DNA from: Trypanosoma brucei
Taxonomy: Eukaryota
DNA: 64,000 nucleotides
Reading direction: 5' to 3'
Assembly (NCBI GenBank): GCA_000002445.1
Contig: CM000207.1
Coordinates: 1,088,001-1,152,000, forward strand
Part shown: one piece after another, positions 10,566 to 22,337 of the stretch
How the letters are laid out: every line of letters starts with the position of its first letter
Position numbering within the stretch: position 1 is the stretch's first letter
The notes under the pieces: generated by a model
What the model was told of the DNA's origin: nothing
The model's input: only the letters and a program-made list of their open reading frames with translations
The model's database searches: none
Program-made: the position numbers and the translations under genes

Positions 10566-10891
10566 GGGAGAGCATTACTCGAGAAGCTGCTAGCCGCGGC
10601 CAAAACTCACCTATCCTGTGTCGCTCAGTCGTTGGGTTCTGCTGCATGCGGTTACTTCTCGTGTTCCTCCTCGTGTTTCGAGAAGAACAACGTGCCGCTC
10701 TTGCGACCATCCGACAGTTTTCAATTACTTCTCATCGTTCTCACAGTGCTATTTTTCTCTTTTCCTTTTCCATTCTGCTTGCCAATGAGTATATTGTAGA
10801 CCGAGAGCACCAGTGGAGAGACCAAAGGGCAAGGCTTGTGCGACAGGAAGGAAGCAGTGGACTTCGGCGACATCACAGCGAACTGCAAATT

Positions 10892-11995
10892 ATGTACTCT
10901 CCAAGTGAAGAAGCAGGTGCTTCCCCCGGAAATGGGCAGGACGAGAGGTTAACCTCACAACCTTTTGAAACTTCCAGGGTGCCTTCAATGACTCCCCGGA
11001 GTCTTTGGGCGAATAGCTCGAGAAGCGATGCGAGTGCGAAGCAGTTGGGAAAAAGCGGACAGTCGCTACGCTATCCTTCTCCACCACATGTACCACCTGA
11101 TGGACAGTTGGGAGCGGAGGAAGAAGTGGAACATGAGAAATACGTCTTGCAACTGCTGCAGAGGGCGTCGCGGACCATCAAGGATGAGCGTGCTCACTCA
11201 CTTTCGCTAAAGAAGGAGCTCGACGAACTAAAGCAGCTGGGTGTGACTCCTGGTGGAGTGGAGAAGCTGCAGAAGGAGAACAGATCTCTCAAGGACAGAC
11301 TGACTTTTCTTTGCGGGGGACTAAGTCAAGGAAACTTATTCAGTGTACCGGGTCAGCATTTAGAGGGTGGCAAGCATTACCGATGGAGAAGGGACCAACG
11401 ACCGCTAAAACACACTCCTGTGAGTGCGCGCGTTGACAACACGACACCAGTCCGGACGTTGTTTGGTGTCTCGCCAATGCGTCGCGATTTTGCAAGAGGT
11501 GGGACAGAATCCTGCAGTGGTACGTGGCGTTCTGCGAGTTCGTGTCACACATCACGGCGGGTTTCGGCCCGTGGGCGGTGTGGACTGCGAAGGCGGCTCA
11601 GCGTGGGGAGTACTGGGGCATTAACTGCTCTGTGGGCAGCCGCACCATTGGAAACGAGGGCGGTGAAATACACTGTGGGAATGATCGCACATCTTCGTCG
11701 CGCCATGGCACCATTACCGGCGAAGGAACAGGTTGGAGAGGTAATCCATGCAATGGTACAGGAAATTCTCCGAGAGGCTCGACAGCGCGGCACAGGTCTT
11801 AAGATGAAGCGACAAAAGCCATGTGTCTATGAGTGTACATACTCACCAAAACGAGAAAGGAAAATAGGATGTACTGTCACGCGAGTGGTTCATCTATCCA
11901 TAGACAGCGGCCGACTAACCGTAAAGGTTGGTGGAGGTCACGTGAATTTCTTAGATTTCCTGGAGCGGTATTGCAACTGCCGTTTCGCACGATAG
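10892..11995 (+). CDS. Hypothetical protein with a coiled-coil segment
   Basis: Frame is open from 10562, but 10660-10800 is a pyrimidine-rich tract, so ATG 10892 (MYSPSEEAGAS) is the likely start. Coiled-coil-like stretch LSLKKELDELKQLGV…EKLQKENRSLKDRL. Several C-terminal Cys/His residues. Confidence 0.5.
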   Translation: MYSPSEEAGASPGNGQDERLTSQPFETSRVPSMTPRSLWANSSRSDASAKQLGKSGQSLRYPSPPHVPPDGQLGAEEEVEHEKYVLQLLQRASRTIKDERAHSLSLKKELDELKQLGVTPGGVEKLQKENRSLKDRLTFLCGGLSQGNLFSVPGQHLEGGKHYRWRRDQRPLKHTPVSARVDNTTPVRTLFGVSPMRRDFARGGTESCSGTWRSASSCHTSRRVSARGRCGLRRRLSVGSTGALTALWAAAPLETRAVKYTVGMIAHLRRAMAPLPAKEQVGEVIHAMVQEILREARQRGTGLKMKRQKPCVYECTYSPKRERKIGCTVTRVVHLSIDSGRLTVKVGGGHVNFLDFLERYCNCRFAR

Positions 11996-12393
11996 ACATT
12001 GATACCATAGAAAAGGGTCGCACGGTCATGCGTTCCCTGTTCGATGATAGATAGATATACTGATGCATATAGCACCTTGTTCGCCCGTTTGTTGTCGATG
12101 AGGTTGGAAGGCGGTGCTTAAATACTTTTTCTTCATTATGTTATATTCGGAGTTAACTGCTACATCACGCGCACCCGTCCGGAGTCGCGGATCTTCTCCT
12201 CCCCTCTGCGGTACTTGGTGTGTGTTGATCTGTCCCCACAAGCGGGAGCTCCCGATCTTTCTCTCTTCAACTTTCTCTGAAAACAACAAGGACGAGCTTA
12301 GGAAGAGGAAAGAAACTCCACTTTTTCGTTTCGCGGAGTGACGTGGGGGAAAACGCTTACACTCCTGTACGCGTCAAACGGAACGAGTGACAA

Positions 12394-13134
12394 ATGGCAT
12401 CCAACGGTTTGGCGGAATCCAGTGAAGGCTCTCTGCCTGACGACCTGTGGTTGATCATTGGATTAGGGGGGAGTGGCGCGTTGCTGATCCTCCTCATCCC
12501 TGTGGTGTTTTTGGCCCGGCACTTCTGTGACCGGCGCCATTTCATCTCTGCCGCACCTTTACCTTCCCAAAATCACTTGCCATCGTCCAAAATTCGACTG
12601 AGGAGCAACAGTGCCCCGCCGGCCTCACTTGCTGCCTTATGCGGGCAATCGGGGTCGTATGCCGGTTTCGGCATCGGTGCAACGTCTGCGGGTGGTGGGG
12701 TGTACAACGAAGCAGTGCCTCATAACGGCCCCACGAACACCAACTGCTTCAATTCCGGTACACTCGGTGCAGCGTATAACCCTTCGACACCATCGGGGTG
12801 GGAGGCTGAAGCGGGGCGAAGCTTTACGACCCTTTCCATAGGTCTCAGTGCCCCCCAACCCACTTGGAGTGACACCACTGGGGAACGGCAGCACCCGCCT
12901 GCCACCCCGGTGGGAGACACTTCGCAGTTAGGTTACAACCCGCTAGCAGTTACGAAAGAAGCGCATCTTTTTCAATCCCATCCAAATGTTCCACAGGAGT
13001 GTGGAGGGCCTCCTCAGGAGAGTGCGGACCCCGCACAGCCGTCACCTCAATGTACCACAGAGGATGCGGAACCTCAGCCTTGTCTTAGACGCCGAAATTC
13101 TCGCGTCTCGTTCGTAGGTGAATTCCGTGCATAG
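12394..13134 (+). CDS. Hypothetical single-pass membrane protein (246 aa)
   Basis: One strongly hydrophobic segment, LWLIIGLGGSGALLILLIPVVFLA, near the N-terminus. The rest is S/P/G-rich and low in complexity. Confidence 0.5.
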   Translation: MASNGLAESSEGSLPDDLWLIIGLGGSGALLILLIPVVFLARHFCDRRHFISAAPLPSQNHLPSSKIRLRSNSAPPASLAALCGQSGSYAGFGIGATSAGGGVYNEAVPHNGPTNTNCFNSGTLGAAYNPSTPSGWEAEAGRSFTTLSIGLSAPQPTWSDTTGERQHPPATPVGDTSQLGYNPLAVTKEAHLFQSHPNVPQECGGPPQESADPAQPSPQCTTEDAEPQPCLRRRNSRVSFVGEFRA

Positions 13135-13251
13135 TTATCGATTTTAGGGTGACTCGACGCAGAAGGAAGATCAGGGGATTGAAAGAACCGAGAGTGCGCA
13201 AGCATATGGGCATTTGTATACTTTCGTATGTCGTATGCCCGTATATAAACA

Positions 13252-13271
13252 ATATATATATATATATATAT
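13252..13271. repeat. (AT)10 microsatellite
   Basis: atatatatatatatatatat, read directly. Confidence 0.9.
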
Positions 13272-13806
13272 CACAGTTGTGTGCATGTATGTTTGCATTT
13301 TTTCCGCCAAAGTATTTGGCGCATTTTACTATCATTGTATTGTAGGAACCGCTTAGGGATGTAGCGATAAAAGTCGAACCAGTCGCTCGTTGTATCTCTC
13401 TGCGACCATCATCGCTGTTTCACCTGCACCCTTTTCCCTCTCTGTACTTTTCATTACCATTTCCACTATTTAACAGTTTTGTTTTGGTTTCACTGCGTTT
13501 TTGTTCACCCTATTCATGCTCATGTCTCTGGGGATTTTGTTGTTATCGTTTCCCTCACCATTTCCCCTCTGAGGTGATGCTTGGGTGAAGGATGAAATTA
13601 AATTTCATCCACTCGGCCACTTCATGCACAGTTGCTCGAACAGCATCCACGCCTAGTGGGGAGAATGAGACTCCCGCATATTTGGTTTAGTCGCCTGACG
13701 CGGTTGTAGTAATTTTTTAAAATATTCACCATTATACTGTAATTTTTACGTTGCCTCCCCCCTTTCATTTTGTGGCGAAATCGTTTGCCATTGTGTTCTT
13801 TCCCTA

Positions 13807-13821
13807 TTTTTTTTTTTTTTT
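13807..13821. repeat. Poly-T(15) homopolymer
   Basis: Read directly. Lies in the roughly 2 kb intergenic/UTR region between the 12394 and 15275 genes. Confidence 0.9.
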
Positions 13822-15274
13822 GGTCGAGGGGAGAGTTCCCCAGACTCCAGTTGTTTTTCTCTACAAAAAATAACGACGCAAGGGCATAGTAACGTCCCCT
13901 AAGTTTGAAAACGAAAGGTGTGTTGAGTTGTGTGTAAATTCACCCATCCATACACCTCCTTTTTTACTTCATCTTTTTAATTTTACTTCGTGCATTCACC
14001 CTAACATCGATGTATCCGTGAAAAAAAGTAAAAAATAAAATAAAATAAAACCAAGGTTGTTTGCTCATTAGTTGCACGTGCCTGAAAAAGTGGTTCTTTT
14101 CTCGTTTGTTTTCCTAATTTCTTCCCTTTCCTCTTTTCTCTTAAAGTTTATGTGAATAATGAGTTGACTAACTAACAATCAAAAGCGCTGCATGTACGTA
14201 ACTGTAGAATGTATGTGTGTGTATGTGTATGGGGAAGGGGGCTCATACATTTAAACCATCGGAAAGGTCGGAAGTTAATATGCACCAGCTAAAAGAAAGG
14301 CGACAAGGCTAGAATAAAGACGGAGGATGCACACAAAACGGATAAAGCAAGTGGGGAACCAAATGTTGTTTTCAAACGCCTCTACCTTTCTTTGACGCAT
14401 TCTCACCAAAGACCGTTGCATCATTTCCACAGTTCGGCACTTGCCTCACCAATGTGTCAGCGTCGAGCACCTTGCCTAGAACTCAGAAAAAGAGCCAACC
14501 TCCTTCTTTTTGTTATATCGAAACGGCATCGACAAATAACATAAGTCGGGTAAAGTAACCTCGCGCACGCATCCTTTCGAATATAAATGCATGCAAATGT
14601 GTTTTGTTGTTGCTTATCAATAAGAACCCAAATGCCATTTCCTAAAGAGACTAACGGAATGCGGGTGGTCGTTCATCGGATAGCGAGGCATTGTTACTTC
14701 GTAAATATGATTGTTGAGGACGCAGTAACTCCTTTATTTTCTCCTCCATCAGAAGTAAAACGCACGTACGTGAGGGTTTTGGAAAGTGGAATGACCATTT
14801 CTCCATGGTTACCGGCATATTGGAATGACACGAATGGACTTGCATCTAGTAAGCGACTGAAGTTTTGGCGGTGCAGTGCCACGCGCGGAAGTTGAATGTT
14901 CAGTGGGAAAAAGAAATGCCTCAACTTTCATCGTGTACTGGCAAGTGAGAAGTGTAAACATATTTTCTCATTTCATTCCTTTCCGTTGTGGTGTTGTGAC
15001 AATGAGGTGCCTTCCCTTATGGGGGCGGCACACACGTCTGCGTCGGTTTTAAAGTTCAATAACAGGTCATAGCACACACCAGTGGTGTGATTGTTGCTTG
15101 TGCCCATACCTTCTCTTCCTACGCTTTCCCTTTACTTTCCTCACTGCTTCATTTTTCTTCCCGTTTTTAAAGAAAAAATATTAATCGTTTCTGACACGTA
15201 TCCACACTCCTCTGCACGTGTGTATTTGTGTTTCTGCTTGAAGAAGTTAACGTTGCACTAAGAGACAGGAACAA

Positions 15275-16165
15275 GTGATGGAGGGAAGCACTGCGCATCG
15301 GGGAGACAGTTTAGAGCTCCAACCGCTGATATTTAATGGCCCTGTTCCTAAACCACATCCGCCCTGCACTGATCCCACACCGGATGAGCAGTACCGCATG
15401 GCTTCTGAAGAGCAATTGAAAAAAATGGAAAAGAAGGACCAAAAAGCACCTCCTCCTGAGGAACAACCAGCGCCTGAGGGGGGAACTAAGGGCTCGAAGA
15501 TGTCTTCACTATTTTCAGGCGCCACCCGCAATATATGCAGCATTGCACATCAGGTGTCGAGTACAGTGGAGAGAGCTGCTGTAAAGGCATCAAATGCAAC
15601 AGGAAACAAAATGCGAGAAATTAACGAGCGGATGAACCACAGTTGGTTCAAGGAAAACTTCCCGCACTTAAGGGCACAAGGCGAGACACTCGTGGCGGAT
15701 TATCCTTGCTCCGCTATCCACGGACCAGGTTATGTTCATGGACGTGTTTATATCACAGCGAACAACCTTTGCTTCAGCACGGGTACGTCCTCTACGTTTC
15801 AGCGAACGAAAGACGTACTGAAGGCGGCTGCTTTTTCAGGGGATGGCAACGAACCAATCATACGGCAAATTATTCCCTTGGCAGATATTGCAAGTATTCA
15901 GCTCTCTGTTCACTTGGAGACAGCGAATAAGGGACCTCCATACTTCATGCTTCTCCCCGCTGAGGTGGTAATTCCAACCTGCCTTCAAGTATTCACCAGG
16001 CGGCAACAAGTGTTTCAGTTCTTCAGCTTCGGGAATCGCGATAAGACAGATTCACTGTCAGACACTTTGAAGGGGAAGCCGGTGGAGCAAGCTTACAATT
16101 ATATTGATCATGTATGGCGTGCTGCCACAACAGTTCCACTGCCGGGTGTTCAGTACACTCAGTAA
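15275..16165 (+). CDS. GRAM-domain protein (296 aa)
   Basis: F..NFP…ETLVADYPCSAIHGPGYVHGRVYITANNLCFSTG follows the GRAM pattern (Y.Cal…..GrlYiS…lCF.S). The N-terminus is a P/E/K-rich low-complexity region. Confidence 0.55.
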   Translation: MMEGSTAHRGDSLELQPLIFNGPVPKPHPPCTDPTPDEQYRMASEEQLKKMEKKDQKAPPPEEQPAPEGGTKGSKMSSLFSGATRNICSIAHQVSSTVERAAVKASNATGNKMREINERMNHSWFKENFPHLRAQGETLVADYPCSAIHGPGYVHGRVYITANNLCFSTGTSSTFQRTKDVLKAAAFSGDGNEPIIRQIIPLADIASIQLSVHLETANKGPPYFMLLPAEVVIPTCLQVFTRRQQVFQFFSFGNRDKTDSLSDTLKGKPVEQAYNYIDHVWRAATTVPLPGVQYTQ

Positions 16166-17295
16166 ATATGTGAACTTAGGAAGGACAAGGATGGTCGTTG
16201 AATGGGAAGAACAACATGGAAAAAAGAAATGAAGGATAGGGTGTAAATGATGTTCTTTCCCCTACGGCTAATCTGCTTTGGCGTAACTCTCTGGAGAGCG
16301 CTTGTAGACAAAACAAAACGAAAAAGTATTGGAAAAGGTTTGTCCGAAGGAACAAGGTCGCGATATGTAGGTTCCCGCGTTCAACTTAAGGTTTGCACAA
16401 CACAAAATCGATTTTCGAAGAAAAAAAAATGCTCGCACGGTGTGAAAGAGAATGGAGCGAAGATACTGAAGAAAGGGGAAAAGGGGCTTCGGTACCGTGG
16501 AGAACACTGCTTTACTTATTTTTGTATTTTCCGTTTGCTTTCACACCTATGTTTGCGATCTTGGTCCCATACATGAATTACGAGGGCATCTGCTGAGGAA
16601 ACTCTGTCTATTGTTGGGAATGGGAAATGCACGCATAACGCATGTTTCCTTTACAACAACTACTCGCTTTACTACCTCTCTACTTTCGCTTGGTAACAAT
16701 TTTTAAAATTTTACGTGTAATTGAATCTCGCACATCTTTCCTTTTTTTTATCGCACTTTTCTTCAACTGTCTCACGTCTATACAGGAATTACCGTTGCGT
16801 TGCGGTTGGTGTGTGCGTGGGTGGCGGACTACTCGCCGCCCTCCATTAGTCGCTGCGAGAAGAAAAGTTGTTATTTTAGTTCTAAAGAAACTTTTGAAAA
16901 GGGGTGAGGGCGAAAGAGTAGAGAAAGTGCGGATGAGCGGGGATGTGATGTGTGGGTTTAGACTGCAAATGGGCGGAAGGAAGTTTAATTCAAGTGCATT
17001 TTATATTATGGTGTTGGGTACGTTGTGTGTGTACCTCCCCTCGGATGGGTCGTTAACTTGGAAAGCGCTCTAATGCCTTTGACAGCATGGCAGGGGGAGG
17101 TCCACTGAACCGAAAAGGTACTCACGACGTAGCGGTTCCTTCTTTTTAAATCCGATTACCCAAAATATGACGTCACACAAAACAATGTGGATGTGCTACT
17201 TTATGGCGGAGTACGGTCTGTTCAATGAGGAGTAAAATTGTTGTGACCGTAATTTTAACACTACCGGGGCCGGAGACAGATACACACATACATAT

Positions 17296-17305
<10 letters not shown>

Positions 17306-17335
<30 letters not shown>
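17306..17335. repeat. (TA)15 microsatellite preceded by imperfect (CA)n
   Basis: cacacacatatatatatatatatatatatatatatata, read directly. Confidence 0.9.
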
Positions 17336-17338
<3 letters not shown>

Positions 17339-17567
17339 ACTTGTGCCCCAATTCTAAAATATGAAATCTTATTATTCAAATGTAAATTATAATGTTTGCT
17401 CACAGTTAGTGGTGTCACAGGTGGCTAACCGCCGTGGCTGAAGGGAGGGGGAACGTAGTTTGCTGCCACACGCCATATATACGTGAAATGCTATGGGTTC
17501 CCTGTGTTTGTGTCTTGATTTGCATTCCCTTATCATTTTGATTAACCACAAAGGCTGTAACGTAAAC

Positions 17568-20500
17568 ATGTCAGTCGGCAAGGTCGCTATGGTGGGTGGC
17601 GGTGGAAGAGTTACTGTTCCGCGAAAATACTTCCGCGCCGCGGTTCGTGGTCTTCAGCACGTCCCGTGGTGGTGTCAAAGCGACGCACGGACCTCAGCCA
17701 CCGGCAAGCATCCGCTAGACGAAGCTCTGAAGTGTGCGGCAACTTTTCAGAGCAGATCATTGAAGCAGTGGGAAGATGCATTGTCTGTTTCCAGTCCTTA
17801 CCGAAGCACCGACCACCTTGCGGCAGGTAAAGCGGTAGTAACAGCACCCGGCACTACCATAACTCTGCAGAGCCTCGCTGATTATGACGGTGGCGAAGCG
17901 GAGGACCAGGAGGAGTCGCACGAGGTGTCTGCGGCGTTTGTTGAAAAACAACAGGCAAAGTTGCACGCCATGTTGCAGCAATGGGTCGCCTACTGTGCAT
18001 TCCACTGTACACGCGCGGAGTTCGCTGCGAGGCAGTCGCTCGTGGCACAGCGACTTCTTCTCTCCCCTCTGGGAGTCTTGCCATCAAGTGCGCACCACCA
18101 AGTGGGTTCGGCTCGTTTGGAGAGGACTTTGCGGCGCCGTGGGGCCCGCGCTTACGTTGATTTGCTCGTTCACCACCAGCTACCCATGCAGCAAAAGCAA
18201 GAATGGGATGTATTGTGCTCGGTTTGGTCCTCCGTGGGGGAAGGACTCCGACGTCAGGGCCTCACCGCCTCTTCAGCAGCTTCCGTTGTAAGACTCCCCT
18301 TTACCCAAGAAGCAGTTGATGAACCGTCGTGGGAAAGAAGTTTGGCTGTATTATCGTGGGCAATGCACTTTAAAGGGGGAAATCAGTTCCATATACCCTC
18401 TTCTGACATTGCCATTGTTCTCCATCAGTACATCCAGAGCTTGGAGGATCGCGTGCAAGGGCCCAACCCTCAACAAATGCCCGTCACAGAGGAACAGGCC
18501 GTTATTCAGCAGCTTCAGCAGTGGTGGAACTCTGCGAGGGAAGCCGAGCAGCGCGACGCAGGGTTGGCGGCGGCATGTGGATTAGACCGTACGGCTTTTA
18601 ACTCAATCCATGTGGAAGGCCGGAAGGTAACCCTCTGTTTATCTGACAAGGAGTTGTCGAAAAGCACTGCTGCGTACGCAGAGTTGCTGTTGCAGGGAAG
18701 GTGGGAGGACGTTCTTGAGCACATTCGACTCGTGGCCACCAATGTCGCTTCCGGTCCTTTCAGTCGCGATAGAGGCGCGGATAGAAGGCAAGGTGACGAT
18801 TTATCCAACCAGCGAGCGGCTGCTGCAGGTGATTGTGACGATGACGAAGGGAAGGAGGAGATTGCACTGATTACGGACGGCGGTTTTGGTGATGTTTTCT
18901 TCAGCATTGGATCGAACGTAACTTCGTGTGGCTCGTCAACTACGGATGCGCTTGTCGCGTTGTTTAACACCCCACGTCCTGTATTTCTGAAAAGCAAAGT
19001 ATGGGCCCGGTCGTCTTCTTCCCCGCTGGGAAAACCACCGCGTGAGTACCTTCTAGCATTGGAGACACCACTTGAGACGGTGTTGCTCCAAAAGCCTCCA
19101 GTGGTTGGGCTTCGGACCCGTGCTTTTGCTACACGGAGTGACGGGGGCACAAGTGGGATAGGATTAATGGGTAAAGTGAGTTGCAGTGATTGTTCGGATA
19201 AGCAGTTGCAAGAGAGTGGGGAGTGTTTAAGGGCGACATCTGCCGCGCTGGTTGAGCTGCGTCGCAAGTTATGGATACTAAGGCAACTTCCCCGGCATCT
19301 TTCGCGTTCATTAGTCCGCTTTGAGGGTGCTGGTTCCTTCATGGTGCCTTATCTATTGCGGTGCCCCGCAAAGGAGCTCCTCCCTTGGTTTCTGCTTAGC
19401 AAAGTTGCCTCAGCACATTCCAGGCATCAGAACCAAGAGAAACTTGAGGAAGCTTTCCGTGACACCCGCTTGCATGTCCTTTATACACTTTTCTTACCGC
19501 ACGCTCATTACGCTGCGTTTCAAGAATACTGTGCAGACCTACTCCTGCAGGTGGGAAGTTTGATTGTACCACTAGATGTTCTTCGAGTGGCAGTACGAGT
19601 TCTTCTTCAACCTCCGTCGTTCGACCACTTCTACGATGTGTTGCAGGGTCGCCGTCTTCCAGTGGAAGTTGACTGCCGCCATTTATGGTCGCGTTCGGTG
19701 GAGTCGTCACATGTAGAGCGAGAGTCTGATTGCTCCACTTCACTGACGCCTTCGTGTTTGAGTCTTTTAAAAGAGTTACAGGGCGACGCTGCCAAGCGGC
19801 AGGCGTTCTTCGTTTGCAAGTCGCATAGCGCGCGTAACTACCACCTCTCTACTTGGATTGAAAGCTGCAGTAAAGTGGAGACGCTATCTGGACTTATAGG
19901 AATTATTGCCCGGGAGGTTAATCTTTATGGGCCGCCACTTCTGTCTCCAGAGGCTGCCGCTGCGCTGCTGACCGCCATTGTCATTCCCCATATTGGTGAA
20001 AGAGGGGGTGCGAAGTATGAAGGCTGTGAACAAGCGTCAGAAATCGGTAATGACACGTTGCGCATGCTAGGAGTTGCATACTTTGTACTACCCAGTGATA
20101 AGGCTTTTGGTGCCGCTCCGTACTTTAAGGGAACTTACAATGAGAAGTACATAATCGATGACGGGTTTGAGTGGACAACCGACTGGGATGGTGCTGAAGC
20201 ACTCCTTGTCGGTCGATCTCTTCGCCGGGTCACTAAATACCCTACCACAACAACAGAATCGTTCTTCCGTGTAGAGTGCTGCTCCACTCAGCAGATGGTA
20301 ACATACCGCGTGCCAAAGCTTCGCTTGCGACTTATGAAGGTTGACCTTGTTGAGGCAATACAATACTTTGAGTGCGGAGTCAAGCGAATCACGCAGGACG
20401 AAGGCGCAAACGACAAAATATGTGGAGAAACAGTGGTGGGCGCGGTAGGGAGACCCGCAGTTGTGGCGTACCACTTGCCTTTTGGCGTTGCAGCGGTTGA

Positions 20501-21332
20501 CAAACCTGCGGGTATGAGCACCACCCTTCATGTGGGGCACCCTCACTTGCTCGATTTTTTGGCAGGGAACCTCCCGTGGAAAGGACCTAGTGCGCCCGTG
20601 CTGTTTCAGCATGGACTTGTTAACCGTATCGACTTGGGTACTAGTGGATTAGTGCTCGTTGCGGATACAGAAGCCTCGCTTGAGGAGGCTCGCCGTGCGA
20701 GTATTGTGGAGCGTTGCGTGGAAAAGGTTTACCGGGCGCTTGTTTTGCATTGTCCCCCACCGATCTCCCGCATAGATACGTCAGAGTGTTGGTACCTCAA
20801 TCCATGTGGGATCATAATGTGCGACGTCCTTGCAAATGGCGCCGACTTTTCTCTTCAGATCGCTGCGTACAATTCCTCGAAGGGAGGCGCCTTGCCTGTA
20901 GGGGCGATGGATCGGCGGTCAGCCACAACAACATATCGTGTATTGCAGTACTTTCCGAGGAGTGGCGTCTATTACTTGGAAATTCATTTACACACGGGAC
21001 GTCGTCACCAGATCCGGCAGCACTTTGCTCGGTTATGTCATCCATTGTTGGGTGACGGCCGTTACAGTCGGCGAGCGCAGGTAGTGGGGGAGGAATTCGG
21101 TTTGCAGCGGCCTGCACTCCATGCAGTCCGTGTTACACTTACCCCACAACATGGAACATCTGCCAAACCACGGGGTGGCGTCGTGGCTCCGCGTGTGGGT
21201 GATGCCGATTACGATGAATATTGCGGCAACGGAGGGGGAAAGACCGTAGTGGAGTGCCCAGTTCCGGAGGACATGCGGCTGACTCTAAAAATGTTGCGGG
21301 AGCGTGAGGACCCGGTAGGGTTGGGTGCTTAA
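17568..21332 (+). CDS. RluA-family pseudouridine synthase with a roughly 950-aa N-terminal extension
   Basis: C-terminal region carries HGLVNRIDLGTSGLVLVA (the HRLD..TSG catalytic-Asp motif), KVYRALV, and TGRRHQIRQHFARLCHPLLGDGRYS (the RluA/RsuA C-terminal signature). Start taken at the in-frame ATG 17568 (MSVGKV). The N-terminal 900 aa have no recognisable domain. Confidence 0.8.
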   Translation: MSVGKVAMVGGGGRVTVPRKYFRAAVRGLQHVPWWCQSDARTSATGKHPLDEALKCAATFQSRSLKQWEDALSVSSPYRSTDHLAAGKAVVTAPGTTITLQSLADYDGGEAEDQEESHEVSAAFVEKQQAKLHAMLQQWVAYCAFHCTRAEFAARQSLVAQRLLLSPLGVLPSSAHHQVGSARLERTLRRRGARAYVDLLVHHQLPMQQKQEWDVLCSVWSSVGEGLRRQGLTASSAASVVRLPFTQEAVDEPSWERSLAVLSWAMHFKGGNQFHIPSSDIAIVLHQYIQSLEDRVQGPNPQQMPVTEEQAVIQQLQQWWNSAREAEQRDAGLAAACGLDRTAFNSIHVEGRKVTLCLSDKELSKSTAAYAELLLQGRWEDVLEHIRLVATNVASGPFSRDRGADRRQGDDLSNQRAAAAGDCDDDEGKEEIALITDGGFGDVFFSIGSNVTSCGSSTTDALVALFNTPRPVFLKSKVWARSSSSPLGKPPREYLLALETPLETVLLQKPPVVGLRTRAFATRSDGGTSGIGLMGKVSCSDCSDKQLQESGECLRATSAALVELRRKLWILRQLPRHLSRSLVRFEGAGSFMVPYLLRCPAKELLPWFLLSKVASAHSRHQNQEKLEEAFRDTRLHVLYTLFLPHAHYAAFQEYCADLLLQVGSLIVPLDVLRVAVRVLLQPPSFDHFYDVLQGRRLPVEVDCRHLWSRSVESSHVERESDCSTSLTPSCLSLLKELQGDAAKRQAFFVCKSHSARNYHLSTWIESCSKVETLSGLIGIIAREVNLYGPPLLSPEAAAALLTAIVIPHIGERGGAKYEGCEQASEIGNDTLRMLGVAYFVLPSDKAFGAAPYFKGTYNEKYIIDDGFEWTTDWDGAEALLVGRSLRRVTKYPTTTTESFFRVECCSTQQMVTYRVPKLRLRLMKVDLVEAIQYFECGVKRITQDEGANDKICGETVVGAVGRPAVVAYHLPFGVAAVDKPAGMSTTLHVGHPHLLDFLAGNLPWKGPSAPVLFQHGLVNRIDLGTSGLVLVADTEASLEEARRASIVERCVEKVYRALVLHCPPPISRIDTSECWYLNPCGIIMCDVLANGADFSLQIAAYNSSKGGALPVGAMDRRSATTTYRVLQYFPRSGVYYLEIHLHTGRRHQIRQHFARLCHPLLGDGRYSRRAQVVGEEFGLQRPALHAVRVTLTPQHGTSAKPRGGVVAPRVGDADYDEYCGNGGGKTVVECPVPEDMRLTLKMLREREDPVGLGA

Positions 21333-21592
21333 TTACTGCTTCTCTACGCCGTCAGAAATTCAGCAGGGACGCTTGCCTATCCAGATACATGCGCACGTAA
21401 TTATTTTAACATGCCCTCTTCTTTGTTTTGTTTTTTTCTTTGCATAAGGGAATTAAATTTCAATTTAGGATTTCATTTATGAGACTCCCTTGATCCCTCA
21501 AGGAGTTTTTGCTTCCAAATTTATCTGTTATTCGAATAAGGAAGGCTAAATATAGTTGACATCCAGATTGTTCTCACACGGAGCCGCAGTGC

Positions 21593-22210
21593 ATGGAGGA
21601 CGTGAGGCCTGTAACTTCACCGTTGACGGAAGACACAGCTTATACGCGGTGCTTGCGCGGAGCGAAGGAGGCCAAGGAAAGGGGAAATACCGCCATATCG
21701 GACAAAAACTTTAAAGAGGCTTCCTTTCAGTACAAGAAGGCACTGCTGTTTCTATCTGAATACATACCGGGAGACGGAGGTTTCTCGGAAGATGCGTTGA
21801 TCGACATGTTGGCACGGCGAAGAGGCGTAGCAACACCTCGGGACCTCAGCCCTGGTCGCAAGAGTGAGTTAATGGATCTCTACGTAACAGTTATGAACAA
21901 CTTGGCGGTTGCTGATATGAGGCTCTGTCGTTTTGACAAAGGCGTTGAACACACAACAAAAGTCCTCAATGTTCCTGGACAGGAGAAAAACAGAAAAGCG
22001 TTGTGGCGGCGTGCCGAATGCCATGTGCAAAGAGGCCATATTGAAGAGGCCGAGAAGGATGTGGATGTGCTTGCCGCTTGTGCGGAGGGAAATGGCCAGC
22101 AGTCGGAGGAAGTTGTCGAACAACTACGTATGAAGATAAAAGAAAAGAAGAAGCAGCTGGTGAGGGAAGAGCGTGCGATTTGTAAGAAAATGTTTGAACA
22201 CGGGTCTTAG
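21593..22210 (+). CDS. TPR-repeat protein (205 aa)
   Basis: EAKERGNTAISDKNFKEASFQYKKALLFL … LYVTVMNNLAVADMRLCRFDKGVEHTTKVL … ALWRRAECHVQRGHIEEAEKDV has the spacing of three TPR units. Lysine-rich C-terminal tail. Confidence 0.5.
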   Translation: MEDVRPVTSPLTEDTAYTRCLRGAKEAKERGNTAISDKNFKEASFQYKKALLFLSEYIPGDGGFSEDALIDMLARRRGVATPRDLSPGRKSELMDLYVTVMNNLAVADMRLCRFDKGVEHTTKVLNVPGQEKNRKALWRRAECHVQRGHIEEAEKDVDVLAACAEGNGQQSEEVVEQLRMKIKEKKKQLVREERAICKKMFEHGS

Positions 22211-22337
22211 TGTAGCGCACAAACTCGTGTCTGCGTGCCCTTTACATTTCAAGAGTTTCTTGTATGCGTTTTTCATTGAATGTGGTCCAGGACACAATCT
22301 TCCACAGCTTTAATTCTAACACCTCATACACTATTGT

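Noticed and set aside
10193-10603. 136-aa minus-strand ORF overlapping the 126-aa plus-strand ORF
   Set aside because: It opposes the orientation of the whole cluster. The plus-strand ORF is preferred, but neither has strong support.
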